Source of the DNA: Candidatus Latescibacterota bacterium
GTDB taxonomy: Bacteria > Latescibacterota > UBA2968
Direction of reading: 5' to 3'
Length of the DNA stretch: 64,000 bases
NCBI GenBank assembly: GCA_965207885.1
Contig: OZ242311.1
Coordinates: 1,664,001 to 1,728,000 of the forward strand
Below, piece after piece: positions 1 to 9,373 of this stretch (positions are counted from its first letter, which is position 1; every line of letters begins with the position of its first letter). The notes under the pieces are model-generated. The model worked only from the letters and a program-made list of their open reading frames with translations. It ran no database searches and was not told the origin of the DNA. The position numbers were made by a program, and so were the translations under genes.

Positions 1-132
1 CGTATAGGCAGGACCTGTCGCGCGAAACTCCGGGCGAAAATATCCCTTCCTGTGCCAAAAATCATACCACGTCTTTTCAATATCTTTTGGATCGTAGGCA
101 CGCGCCAAAGCTTTATCCTTCATCGTCTCCAT
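1..132 (-). CDS. valS: Valine--tRNA ligase, N-terminal part (runs off the window start)
   Basis: Manual translation from ATG at 132: METMKDKALARAYDPKDIEKTWYDFWHRKGYFRPEFRATGPAYT, matching the ValRS N-terminal YDPxxIExxWYxxW..GYF pattern; AAGGAG RBS upstream. Not in the ORF track. Confidence 0.8.
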   Translation of the reverse strand, partial: METMKDKALARAYDPKDIEKTWYDFWHRKGYFRPEFRATGPAYT

Positions 133-145
133 TACTCCTTCTCTC

Positions 146-1645
146 CTAAACTGAATAACTCCGCCACTCCTCATAAATCGTCCGCACAGATACTTTAATC
201 ACCGCTGTTGTGGGCACGGCCAATAACATGCCAACTGCGCCAAACAACTCGCTGCCAACGAACACCGCAAAAATGACGAGCAGAGGATGCAAATTAACAC
301 TGCGCCCAACCACCATAGGAGCGACAAAAACATTATCTACGAGTTGAACGATCGCAAACACTATAATCACTGGAATAACCACACCAAAACTCAGCGCAGA
401 ATATTGCAATACAGCGGCAACAACACCGGCAATAATCCCAATCGCAGGTCCCATATAGGGAATTACATTGGCCAAACCAGCGAGAAGACCAATCACCAAA
501 AAATGTTCCAGACCGATGATATAAAGTCCGGTACTTGACAGAATCGAAACAATTATTACAGATAACACCATACCGCGCATATAGCTCCCCAATTGCCTGT
601 CAATGCGATACAACAGATTTAATATCAGTTCAAAATATCGATTTGGCACCTGCTCGATAATCGCACGCTTGATCGTTCTGCCCTCTGCTAAAAAAAAGAA
701 TAAAGCAAAAGGCACAATGATGAACAAGGTAAGTCCCGATAGCAATTGCCCGACCAATCCGGGAGTTTCCTTAAGCAAAATTGTCACGACATTTTGCAGG
801 TACTGATTCGCGGCCTGTATCCAATCGCGGCCCTTGAGCATTGGCAAAATTTCTTCGAGATAGGTCTGAGATGATTTCTGCCACGGCAGGAATGAAGTTT
901 CATAAACAGACTTGAGTGCCATCAAAGAACTGAGCTTGTATTTGCCAAACGCATGTTTTGTCGCCGAGATTAAAATTTTAGATGTGCCAAATTGAACCGA
1001 AGCCATTGTATCCGAAGCCGATGGCACATCCTCCATATTCCCTCTAAGCGTCAACACAATAGAATCTTCCCGGCTGCCAGACGAACCGTACAACCTCAAA
1101 GACGCCTGGCGCAGTTCATCCGCTTGTGGAGAAAATACCACGCGCAGTGTATCTCGCCCACCGACCACTTTTGGGTTGGCCTGTAGGGCAGCGGATTCCG
1201 CGTCTCTCCCACCGGGTGTCAATTCCAAGGGCAAGCCATCGACCTTAAAATCTTCGAGTTCGCTCTCAAACCGATCAATCTTCACCACATCATCGCCCGT
1301 ATTTTCCACCACACAGTACCATGTGCCCTGCTCACCAATAATGCTCTTGACCATATCCTCTGTACCGCGCACAATCATAGGCGCGACCACAATAAGCGGA
1401 ATGACCACAATTGCAAAAACAGCCAGCAAGACGACAACCACGGCGACAAGACGATTTAAGCGGTGCGATTCGAGAAAATCAACCACGGGCATGAGAAAAT
1501 ACGACAGCACAAACGCAATAAAAAAAGGGACCAGCGTACTTCGAATCGTATATAACAACCAGATCATCACAACGATGAGGCCCAAAAAAATCACAATACG
1601 CAAAATCTGAGCAGTGCCCAGGCCGCCAGAAGAGGGTTCATTCAT
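146..1645 (-). CDS. AI-2E family transporter (PerM-like) with an inserted soluble Ig/ASH-like domain
   Basis: N-terminal TM helices with PFFIAFVLSYFLMPVV, C-terminal NVIPYMGP, QLVDNVFVAPMVVG and LHPLLVIFAV..GMLLAVP AI-2E motifs; about 135-aa hydrophilic insert. Confidence 0.85.
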   Translation of the reverse strand: MNEPSSGGLGTAQILRIVIFLGLIVVMIWLLYTIRSTLVPFFIAFVLSYFLMPVVDFLESHRLNRLVAVVVVLLAVFAIVVIPLIVVAPMIVRGTEDMVKSIIGEQGTWYCVVENTGDDVVKIDRFESELEDFKVDGLPLELTPGGRDAESAALQANPKVVGGRDTLRVVFSPQADELRQASLRLYGSSGSREDSIVLTLRGNMEDVPSASDTMASVQFGTSKILISATKHAFGKYKLSSLMALKSVYETSFLPWQKSSQTYLEEILPMLKGRDWIQAANQYLQNVVTILLKETPGLVGQLLSGLTLFIIVPFALFFFLAEGRTIKRAIIEQVPNRYFELILNLLYRIDRQLGSYMRGMVLSVIIVSILSSTGLYIIGLEHFLVIGLLAGLANVIPYMGPAIGIIAGVVAAVLQYSALSFGVVIPVIIVFAIVQLVDNVFVAPMVVGRSVNLHPLLVIFAVFVGSELFGAVGMLLAVPTTAVIKVSVRTIYEEWRSYSV

Positions 1646-2175
1646 GACTCGTCTTCTCCGTCCTCTTTTTGTTTTGCCGCCAGTTCATCTCGGGCAACCT
1701 GCAAACTGTGATTGGTTTGCCGCAATCGCTCCGCGACAATCCGCGCGAGTTGAATGGCAATTTTTACCCCCAGATGCGGTCGCTGTTCTGCCAACTGGTG
1801 CAGTGCGTCTCGTGAGAAAAGTGCCAATTTGGTATCTTCTGTCGCCACTGCTGCCGCTGTTCTCGGCACACCTTCCAGAAGTGCTGTTTCACCAAAAAAG
1901 GAACCGGATTCAGATTGGGCAAGCAGCACTTTCTTGTCCTCTTCGCCATCCTTCTGAACTACCTCTACATACCCTTTTAACACCACGTAAACGCCGTCTC
2001 CCGGTGCACCCTGTTCAAAAACAACATCGCCTGTTGAATACTTGCGAATTTCTATAAGTTGCACCACTGCCTCCAGCTCTCGGCGGTTCAGTTCCCGAAA
2101 CAGTGGAATAGCGCGCAATTTGGGAAATAATGGCTTTTCGCGCTCCAACCAGCGCTGTAGAAGTCGATTCATCAC
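1642..2175 (-). CDS. Stand-alone cyclic nucleotide-binding domain protein
   Basis: PLF..L, VFEQGAPGDGVYVVLKGYVEV and FFGETALLEGVPRTAAAVA phosphate-binding cassette; no HTH. Confidence 0.88.
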   Translation of the reverse strand: MMNRLLQRWLEREKPLFPKLRAIPLFRELNRRELEAVVQLIEIRKYSTGDVVFEQGAPGDGVYVVLKGYVEVVQKDGEEDKKVLLAQSESGSFFGETALLEGVPRTAAAVATEDTKLALFSRDALHQLAEQRPHLGVKIAIQLARIVAERLRQTNHSLQVARDELAAKQKEDGEDES

Positions 2176-2180
2176 AAATC

Positions 2181-2966
2181 CTATATCTCTGCGCGATAAG
2201 GCACCGCAGGCTCTGCTGCCCTTAAGCGTTCAAAAAAATCCAGCGCCTTTGGACGATAGCGCGATTCGATGTGTTGATCAAAAAACGCGCGCAATATTCG
2301 CGTCACCTCTGCGCGGTTTACACCCCGCAAGAGGGAAAGATCAATGCGGTCGGGACGCCCCACTTGTAGATGCGCCATAAAATTTATCGCTTCGAACTGC
2401 ACGCGCATGCCCGCCCCTGCATGATTGTCACACAGAGTGCCGCCCAGGCCGGGGCTGAACCCCAGACGGTGTCCCTGGAGACGAGCACCACATTGAACAC
2501 ACCCACTCATATGGGGGCGATACCCCACCGCACTCGCAGCGCGAATTTGGAAATACCACACCGGTACATCCAGCGCTATTTCGGCAATGCTCCCCACCCA
2601 TTGCATCGCTTCAAGTACAATACTTAACAAAAGTGGATTGCGGTCTTCATCCTCTGTAATATAATCCAGAAATTCGCATATCGCGCTTCCGGCTGCCATC
2701 CGACCATAGTGTTGTTTTACCGGTTCAAAAGCGTGTGCAATATCGCCTTCGCTCAATATTTGCAACTCTCGATTATCCTGTCGATAAAAAACATAATGCC
2801 CCCACGTCATCGGTTCAAGACTCGCGCCAAATTTGCTTTTGGGGCGTCGCGCGCCTTTGGCTACCAGACGCAACTTGCCGTAATCGCGAGAAAACAGCAC
2901 CACAACCTTGCTGCTTTCACTCATGCGAAAACCGCGCAACACCAACCCATCGGTCTGACAAATCAC
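2181..2966 (-). CDS. recO: DNA repair protein RecO
   Basis: GLVLR..ESSKVV.LFSRDYGK..VAKGARRPKSKF OB-fold; CxxC...C zinc motif. Confidence 0.93.
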   Translation of the reverse strand: MICQTDGLVLRGFRMSESSKVVVLFSRDYGKLRLVAKGARRPKSKFGASLEPMTWGHYVFYRQDNRELQILSEGDIAHAFEPVKQHYGRMAAGSAICEFLDYITEDEDRNPLLLSIVLEAMQWVGSIAEIALDVPVWYFQIRAASAVGYRPHMSGCVQCGARLQGHRLGFSPGLGGTLCDNHAGAGMRVQFEAINFMAHLQVGRPDRIDLSLLRGVNRAEVTRILRAFFDQHIESRYRPKALDFFERLRAAEPAVPYRAEI

Positions 2967-3331
2967 GGCGACTCCAATGCTGTTGGTGGATTGGGATAGA
3001 CCATGTAAATCGATTCATTGGGATACACCATGCCATAGCGCTCTCGAGCAATGCGTTCAATTTCACCCAGATTGTTTTCCAGCAATTTCACCTCGCGTTC
3101 CAGCATCGCATTCTGCTGGCGAATCGTTTCAATTTCCTGTTTTAATACGGCAATTTGCTGCTTGCGCATTATGAGCTGGAAAATCCCACTATCTCCCGCA
3201 AAAAACAAATAAAGGGAAAGCACCACGGGGGCAAATATCAAAAATCTATTCAGGCGTCGCCTTGCACTTCCCGGTAACACCGGACTGTTTTCCGGCAACA
3301 CCGTACTTTGTCCTCGATAAAATGAGCGCAT
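2963..3331 (-). CDS. ftsB: Septum formation initiator FtsB/DivIC family
   Basis: Single TM, FAGDSG, coiled coil, IERIARERYGMVYPNE motif. Confidence 0.8.
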   Translation of the reverse strand: MRSFYRGQSTVLPENSPVLPGSARRRLNRFLIFAPVVLSLYLFFAGDSGIFQLIMRKQQIAVLKQEIETIRQQNAMLEREVKLLENNLGEIERIARERYGMVYPNESIYMVYPNPPTALESP

Positions 3332-3363
3332 AACACAATCTCCAAAGTCAGTTGTCGGTTTTT

Positions 3364-4521
3364 CTACCTCCGATTTAACACCACCATATCATCCCGATGG
3401 ATAACCACCGCGCCATTGTTGATCCCGAGAATTTCTGCAACTTCTGGCGTTTTTTTCCCGCGAATACGCCGCACATCATCGGCGTCAAATCTCGTTAATC
3501 CGCGCGCGACCTCGACGCGTTGTTTTGATTCAACACCGATGAGTTCACCAACTTCAAAATCGCCAATAACGCGGATAATACCCGAAGGCAACAAACTTTT
3601 GCCACCATCGCTCAAAGCAACCACTGCGCCATCATCTACGACCACACCCCCTCGCTTTCGGGAATGCGCCAACCACAAATCTCTGCTGTTCAAACTGCGA
3701 TTATCCGCCACAAATAACGTGCCGCAATCTGCCCCATCCAGAATTTCGCGCAAACCGTTTATACATCCATTTGCAATTACTGCCATCTGCCCACCTTGCA
3801 TCACGGCCTCGGCTGCCCTGAGTTTTGTGCGCATTCCCCCACGTCCCAGCACACTCCCCGAAGACCCCACAGTTGCGTAGAGTTCTTCGGGCATCCCATG
3901 CACAGACCGAACCAATTGCGCGTTTGGGTCTTTTGAGGGATCACTTGAAAACAACCCATCGACATCGGTCAACAACACCAGCATGTCCGCATCCACCAGA
4001 TGCGACACCATTGCGGACAGGCGGTCATTTTCGCCCACAGACAATTGCAATTCTTCCACCGCCACGCTGTCGTTCTCATTGACAACAGGCACAACACCAT
4101 ACCGAAACAATTGGTCCAATGTATTGCGTGCATTCACATATCGCGTGCGATTGTCCAGATCATCCGATGTCAACAGCACCTGCCCCACCAAAATACCGTG
4201 TGCTTCAAATGCCCTTTTGTAAGCATCCATCACCAATCCCTGCCCCACCGCAGCCGTAGCTTGCAAATCAGCCAAACGCCTCGGCCGATTATTCAACTCC
4301 AATTGCCCCATGCCAGCACCAACGGCTCCGGATGTCACAATTGCCACCTGTAAACCGCGATCTCTCAAACGCGCCACATCGGCAGCCAGACGGTCAATCA
4401 CCGCGAGATTCAGTGTGTTGCCATGTGCCGTCACCACCCGCGTGCCCAATTTTACCACTACCCGCTGTATATCGGCGAATAAGGCTTTGCGATCAATTTC
4501 GTGTTCTTTTGTCCCACTCAT
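3364..4521 (-). CDS. proB: Glutamate 5-kinase with PUA domain
   Basis: VVKLGT, VTSGAVGAG, AAVGQ, VVNENDSV, GGMRTK motifs and C-terminal PUA (SLLPSGI, VIHRDD). Confidence 0.97.
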   Translation of the reverse strand: MSGTKEHEIDRKALFADIQRVVVKLGTRVVTAHGNTLNLAVIDRLAADVARLRDRGLQVAIVTSGAVGAGMGQLELNNRPRRLADLQATAAVGQGLVMDAYKRAFEAHGILVGQVLLTSDDLDNRTRYVNARNTLDQLFRYGVVPVVNENDSVAVEELQLSVGENDRLSAMVSHLVDADMLVLLTDVDGLFSSDPSKDPNAQLVRSVHGMPEELYATVGSSGSVLGRGGMRTKLRAAEAVMQGGQMAVIANGCINGLREILDGADCGTLFVADNRSLNSRDLWLAHSRKRGGVVVDDGAVVALSDGGKSLLPSGIIRVIGDFEVGELIGVESKQRVEVARGLTRFDADDVRRIRGKKTPEVAEILGINNGAVVIHRDDMVVLNRR

Positions 4522-5315
4522 GTCAAATCAATTTCGATTTTGGGGCGCACTGGTACCCCGCGTTCTGCGAGATAGGTTTTGACTTCCCCAATACTGTATT
4601 GATTGTAGTGAAAAATCGACGCAGCCAGTGCCGCGCTTGCCTTGCCTTCGGACAACACCGCGTACATATCCTCTGGCCCACCAGCACCACCAGACGCTAC
4701 AATCGGTACATCCACACGCTCGGCAACCCTGCGGTTCAATTCAATATCGTATCCATCTTTTGTACCGTCTGCATCAATACTGTTCAAAACCAGTTCGCCC
4801 GCGCCGAGATCTACCAGTTCCTCAGCCCATTCGAGGGCATCTCGCCCAGTATATGTGCGCCCGCCATTGATAACCACTTCCCAACGCCCATCCTCTATTT
4901 GATCGAGATTCGGTTGTCGAATTGCGTCAATTGACCCCACAATTGCCTGCGACCCAAAACTCTCAGCCCCCTGCGTAATAATTTCAGGCGTGTGTATGGC
5001 AGCCGAATTGATCGACGCTTTTTCTGCGCCCCCTTCGATAATAGTGCGAATATCATAATACGTGCGAACGCCCCCGCCAACCGTAAAGGGAATAAACACC
5101 TCTTCGGACACGCGCCGCACGAGTTTGCCGACAATATCGCGCTTCTCCGCCGATGCCGTAATATCGTAAAACACCAGTTCATCGGCACCTTCTGCATCAT
5201 AGCGTTTCGCGAGTTCAATGGGGTCGCCAGCGTCTTTATCGGCTGAAAACTTGACTCCGCGCACATTGCGACCGTTTTTCACATCCAGACACGGAATAAT
5301 TCGCCTGGCCAGCAT
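4518..5315 (-). CDS. hisF: Imidazole glycerol phosphate synthase cyclase subunit
   Basis: [49 protein letters not shown]; start trimmed to ATG 5315. Confidence 0.97.
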   Translation of the reverse strand: MLARRIIPCLDVKNGRNVRGVKFSADKDAGDPIELAKRYDAEGADELVFYDITASAEKRDIVGKLVRRVSEEVFIPFTVGGGVRTYYDIRTIIEGGAEKASINSAAIHTPEIITQGAESFGSQAIVGSIDAIRQPNLDQIEDGRWEVVINGGRTYTGRDALEWAEELVDLGAGELVLNSIDADGTKDGYDIELNRRVAERVDVPIVASGGAGGPEDMYAVLSEGKASAALAASIFHYNQYSIGEVKTYLAERGVPVRPKIEIDLT

Positions 5316-5316
5316 T

Positions 5317-5919
5317 CTACACCTTCTCCGCAAAATTCTTCAAAATTTTCAAACCCGCATCCTGACTTTTCTCGGGGTGAAACTGCACGCCAAAAGCCCG
5401 ATCATTTCCGGCAATTGACGCATAATCAATCCCGTAATCCGTCACCCCGACCACATCTTCATCGCGCTCAGACACCACAAAAAAAGAATGGACAAAATAA
5501 AAATAAGACCTGTCGGGCACGCCATCTAAAAGCGCTGTCTCGCGCTGAATTTGCACCTCATTCCACCCAATCTGCGGAACGCGCTGCCCTTCGGGAAAAC
5601 GCTTCACTTTTCCCGGCAAAATATCCAATCCCTTATGCCGCCCCATTTCTTCACTCTCGGCAAACATCAATTGCAATCCCAAACAAATGCCCAAAAAGGG
5701 TCGGCCTTCTGAAATAGCCCTTATAATGGGCGCGATCAATCCCGCTGTTCTCAAATTGTTCATCGCATCGCCAAATGCACCCACGCCGGGAAGCACAACG
5801 CGCTCGGCCGCGTCGATATCCTCGGGTCTATCGACAATAACAGCCTTTGCCCCAACGTGTTCAAACGCCTTTTGAACACTTCGCAAATTCCCCATCCCGT
5901 AATCGACAACCGCAATCAT
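5317..5919 (-). CDS. hisH: Imidazole glycerol phosphate synthase glutamine amidotransferase subunit
   Basis: MIAVVDYGMGNL, LPGVGAF, GICLGLQ, YFVHS, QFHPEKS; start trimmed to ATG 5919. Confidence 0.97.
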   Translation of the reverse strand: MIAVVDYGMGNLRSVQKAFEHVGAKAVIVDRPEDIDAAERVVLPGVGAFGDAMNNLRTAGLIAPIIRAISEGRPFLGICLGLQLMFAESEEMGRHKGLDILPGKVKRFPEGQRVPQIGWNEVQIQRETALLDGVPDRSYFYFVHSFFVVSERDEDVVGVTDYGIDYASIAGNDRAFGVQFHPEKSQDAGLKILKNFAEKV

Positions 5920-5920
5920 C

Positions 5921-6727
5921 TCATTCTCCCAACACACTTGATCGTTCTGTCGCAGCCAAAACAGCATCCATCAAAGCAGCGCGCAAACCGCCCTGTTCCA
6001 GCGCGTGCAAACCCGCAATCGTCGTTCCGCCCGCCGACGTCACCTGATCTTTCAAAATTGCCGGATGATCGCCGCTCTCGGCAACCATACGCGCAGCTCC
6101 CAGCACAGTCTGTGTCGCCAGTGTCAACGCCATATCTTTTGACAAACCAGACCGCACCCCGCCATCTGCCAGCGCGTCAATTACCGCGTACACATAGGCA
6201 GGTCCACTGCCCGCGAGTCCAGTCACCGCATCCATCTGTGATTCTGAAACAACGACCGCTGCACCAACCGCATTGAACAGAGACAGCGCCAGACTCAGAT
6301 GATCCTCACCCACATGTGCGCCAGCACATATTCCCGAACCCGCCGCACCGACCTGCGCCAGCACATTGGGCATCGCGCGAATAACGGGCAGAGAACCCAA
6401 TTCCGCTTCCAATGCCGCAATACGCACACCCGCCATGAAGGAAATAATCACCTGATCACCGTGCAACAAATCCCGAAAGCCCACAACGGTTTGCTTCCAG
6501 AACTGGGGCTTCACACCCAACACCACAATATCCTGATGGCCCACCACTTCGCGCGCATCTCCTGCAACCTGGACACCCAACTCGCGCCTTCTCTGATCCA
6601 ACACCTCAGCAATCAGATCCACCGCCGTGATATTTTCAGGCGCGATCTCTCCCGACCGAATCCAACCGGCCATCAGCGCGCCTCCCATATTGCCTGCACC
6701 AATAACAGCGATTTTTTTATTTTTCAT
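5921..6727 (-). CDS. proC: Pyrroline-5-carboxylate reductase
   Basis: IGAGNMG, VKPQ, RAMPN, GSGPAY, VTSAGGTTIAGL. Confidence 0.96.
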   Translation of the reverse strand: MKNKKIAVIGAGNMGGALMAGWIRSGEIAPENITAVDLIAEVLDQRRRELGVQVAGDAREVVGHQDIVVLGVKPQFWKQTVVGFRDLLHGDQVIISFMAGVRIAALEAELGSLPVIRAMPNVLAQVGAAGSGICAGAHVGEDHLSLALSLFNAVGAAVVVSESQMDAVTGLAGSGPAYVYAVIDALADGGVRSGLSKDMALTLATQTVLGAARMVAESGDHPAILKDQVTSAGGTTIAGLHALEQGGLRAALMDAVLAATERSSVLGE

Positions 6728-6748
6728 AGCAATCAGCTTTTTTTTACC

Positions 6749-7672
6749 TCATAAAACATACGTCAACCAGCCGCGCTTATCTTCCGCACGACCTTCCACA
6801 ACAGCAAAAAAGGCGTCCTGCAACTTCTTTGTGATCTCACCTCGAGAACCACAGCCGATATTGATATGATCAATAGCCGTAATCGGCGTGATCTCTGCCG
6901 CGCTACCCGTAAAAAATACCTCATCGGCAATATACAGGGACTCTCTTGGAATCGGTCGCGCCGTTACCGTATGTCCCAAATCTCGGGCAAGTGTAATAAC
7001 CGAATGTCGCGTAATACCGGGCAAAATAGACGACCCGGTAGAGGGCGTGTAAATCTGCCCATTCTTCGCCATAAAAATATTCTCGCCGCTACCTTCGCTC
7101 ACATAACCCTGTGTATCCAGGGCAATGCCCTCGGCATATCCATCGGCCATCGCCTCCATCTTGATCAATTGTGCGTTCATATAATTTGCCGCCACCTTGG
7201 CCAGCGAAGGCATGGTATTGGGCGCCAGGCGATTCCACGACGCAAACCGAACCGACACGCCTTTTTCCAGAGCTTCTGGACCCAGGTACTTACCCCATTC
7301 CCACACCGCGATCACCACCTCAACCGGACAGGGCATTGGATTGACAGCCAATTCGCCAAAACCCCGAAAAACCACGGGCCTGACATAACACGCCTGCAAG
7401 TTATTAATGCGAATCGTCTCCAAAATGGCCGCTTCCAGTTCATCTTGTGTATAGGGAATTTCCATGCGATAAATTTTGGCCGAATCGTAAAGCCTTTTCA
7501 CATGATCTCTCAGCCTGAAACAGGCCGGTCCTCTTTCGGTATGATAACACCGTATCCCCTCAAAAACACTCGAACCGTAATGCACCACATGGGACAGCAC
7601 GTGAATTTTGGCATCGTCCCAACCCACAAAATTCCCATTAAACCAGATCTTATCTGACTTTGGAATGGGCAT
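6749..7672 (-). CDS. ilvE: Branched-chain amino acid aminotransferase
   Basis: [18 protein letters not shown] (PLP lysine), [30 protein letters not shown]. Confidence 0.95.
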   Translation of the reverse strand: MPIPKSDKIWFNGNFVGWDDAKIHVLSHVVHYGSSVFEGIRCYHTERGPACFRLRDHVKRLYDSAKIYRMEIPYTQDELEAAILETIRINNLQACYVRPVVFRGFGELAVNPMPCPVEVVIAVWEWGKYLGPEALEKGVSVRFASWNRLAPNTMPSLAKVAANYMNAQLIKMEAMADGYAEGIALDTQGYVSEGSGENIFMAKNGQIYTPSTGSSILPGITRHSVITLARDLGHTVTARPIPRESLYIADEVFFTGSAAEITPITAIDHINIGCGSRGEITKKLQDAFFAVVEGRAEDKRGWLTYVL

Positions 7673-7693
7673 AACAAATCCCTTTCTATAAAA

Positions 7694-8470
7694 CTATCGC
7701 ACAGCCAATGCGCGGCAAATCCGTTCAAATCCATCTATCGATATGGTTTCGGGACGCGCGCGACCATCGATATTCGCCTCTATCAAAATCTCATCATCTA
7801 CCACACCAGATAGCGCGTTGCGCACCATTTTCCTCCGCTGCTGAAATGCGGCGCGCACCACGCCAAACAAACGCCTTTCATCTGCAATATCATAAGCAGA
7901 ATTTGCTTCAAAATCCAGCACCAACACAGAAGAATGCACTTTGGGTCGCGGATAAAAATGCGCGGGAGGCAGATCAAACAACCGTTTTGCGACACACCGC
8001 ACCTGTGTAACAACCGACAACACGCCATATATTTTGCTGCCCGGCGGCGCGATCATGCGTTGTCCCACCTCGCGCTGCACTGTAATCACAGCGCGTTTCC
8101 AAACCCTTCGAGCATCTGTAATTTGCCTGATAAGCGCGCCCGTAATATGATAGGGCAAATTGCCCACCAAAATCGCCTTTTCACTTTTTGACGTTTCAAC
8201 AAGCGCGGGCAAATTGACCTGCCGCACATCGTCTGATACAATTTTTAACCGCGAACCAAACCGATCCGAAAGCAGATCACACAACGCCCCATCAATCTCA
8301 ATAGCGACCACCTGACCTGCCCGCTCAACCAAAAGGTCCGTCAACGCACCTCGTCCAGGACCAATTTCTACGACCAGATCTTCTTTTTCAACCTGTGCGG
8401 CCTCTACGATTCGCTCGATAGATGCGCCATCTGTGAGAAAATGTTGGCCCAGCCGCGTCTTTGTTTTCAC
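7694..8470 (-). CDS. rsmA: 16S rRNA m6,2A1518/1519 dimethyltransferase
   Basis: LGQHFL, EIGPGRGALT, VGNLPYHIT, QREV, PKVHS, FQQRRK; GTG at 8470 overlaps the tatD stop (GTGA). Confidence 0.95.
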   Translation of the reverse strand: MKTKTRLGQHFLTDGASIERIVEAAQVEKEDLVVEIGPGRGALTDLLVERAGQVVAIEIDGALCDLLSDRFGSRLKIVSDDVRQVNLPALVETSKSEKAILVGNLPYHITGALIRQITDARRVWKRAVITVQREVGQRMIAPPGSKIYGVLSVVTQVRCVAKRLFDLPPAHFYPRPKVHSSVLVLDFEANSAYDIADERRLFGVVRAAFQQRRKMVRNALSGVVDDEILIEANIDGRARPETISIDGFERICRALAVR

Positions 8471-9237
8471 GTTGATCCCAATCCAAACAAAGCCTGAGCA
8501 TTTTGCGTCGTCTGCCGACAAACATCTTCAGTATCCCCGCATCCTGCATCGGCCAGATACTCGGCGACATAGCGCACATAAGCTGGCTCATTGCGCTTGC
8601 CGCGTTTTGGCGCCGGTGCCAGAAACGGACAATCCGTCTCCAAAAGCAACCGCTCAGCGGGCACATCTAATGCAACCTCCAACGCACCCGAATTTTTGAA
8701 AGTAACAATACCGCCAAACCCCAGATAAAAATTGAGATCCACCGCGCGCTTGGCTCCTTCGACATCCCCGCCAAAACAATGCATCACACCGCCCACATCG
8801 GATCCACCTTCTTCCTCCAACACATCTAACACCCGCGTTTCAGCACCCCGACTGTGAATAATCAGCGGCAGGCCCATCTCTCTCGCCAGACGAATATGTG
8901 CCCGAAACGCCCGTTCCTGAACCTCGCGCGGCGCGTAATCGCGATAAAAATCCAGCCCAGTCTCGCCAACCGCAACAACCCTGTGATGCTTCAAAAGCGC
9001 GGGCAACTTTTTCAAAGCCGCTTCATCCGCCTTCGCAGAATCCGACGGATGAAACCCCGCCGAAGCAAAAACATCGTCCCGCGCCTCAGCAAGAGCGATA
9101 GCCGCGCGGCTCGTATCCAAATTTGTACCCACATTCACAATCTGCCCCACCCCCGCGGCTCGCGCCCGGGCAAGCAAATCGTCCAGATCCTTCCTGAATT
9201 GTGGAAACATCAAATGAGCGTGTGAATCGACAAGCAT
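8467..9237 (-). CDS. tatD: TatD family hydrolase
   Basis: DSHAHL, VGETGLDF, IIHSR, MHCF, LETDCPFLAP..RNEP; metG-tatD-rsmA synteny. Confidence 0.95.
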   Translation of the reverse strand: MLVDSHAHLMFPQFRKDLDDLLARARAAGVGQIVNVGTNLDTSRAAIALAEARDDVFASAGFHPSDSAKADEAALKKLPALLKHHRVVAVGETGLDFYRDYAPREVQERAFRAHIRLAREMGLPLIIHSRGAETRVLDVLEEEGGSDVGGVMHCFGGDVEGAKRAVDLNFYLGFGGIVTFKNSGALEVALDVPAERLLLETDCPFLAPAPKRGKRNEPAYVRYVAEYLADAGCGDTEDVCRQTTQNAQALFGLGST

Positions 9238-9313
9238 GGAAAAATCCTGAAAATCGAAATAATAGGTCTAGCAAAAAAGTTTGTTTATGAACTTAATCCA
9301 GAAGGCTTTGGCT

Positions 9314-9345
9314 GTCATCGCGGCATGGTGTTAGCCGCGATCCAG
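9314..9345 (+). repeat. GTC..CCAG palindromic element, copy 1
   Basis: GTC-ATCGCGGC-ATGGTGTTA-GCCGCGAT-CCAG; related copies at 37980-38041 (-) and 62125-62156 (+). Confidence 0.7.
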
Positions 9346-9373
9346 AGTTTTTTTTAAGACCAATAGTCTATAA

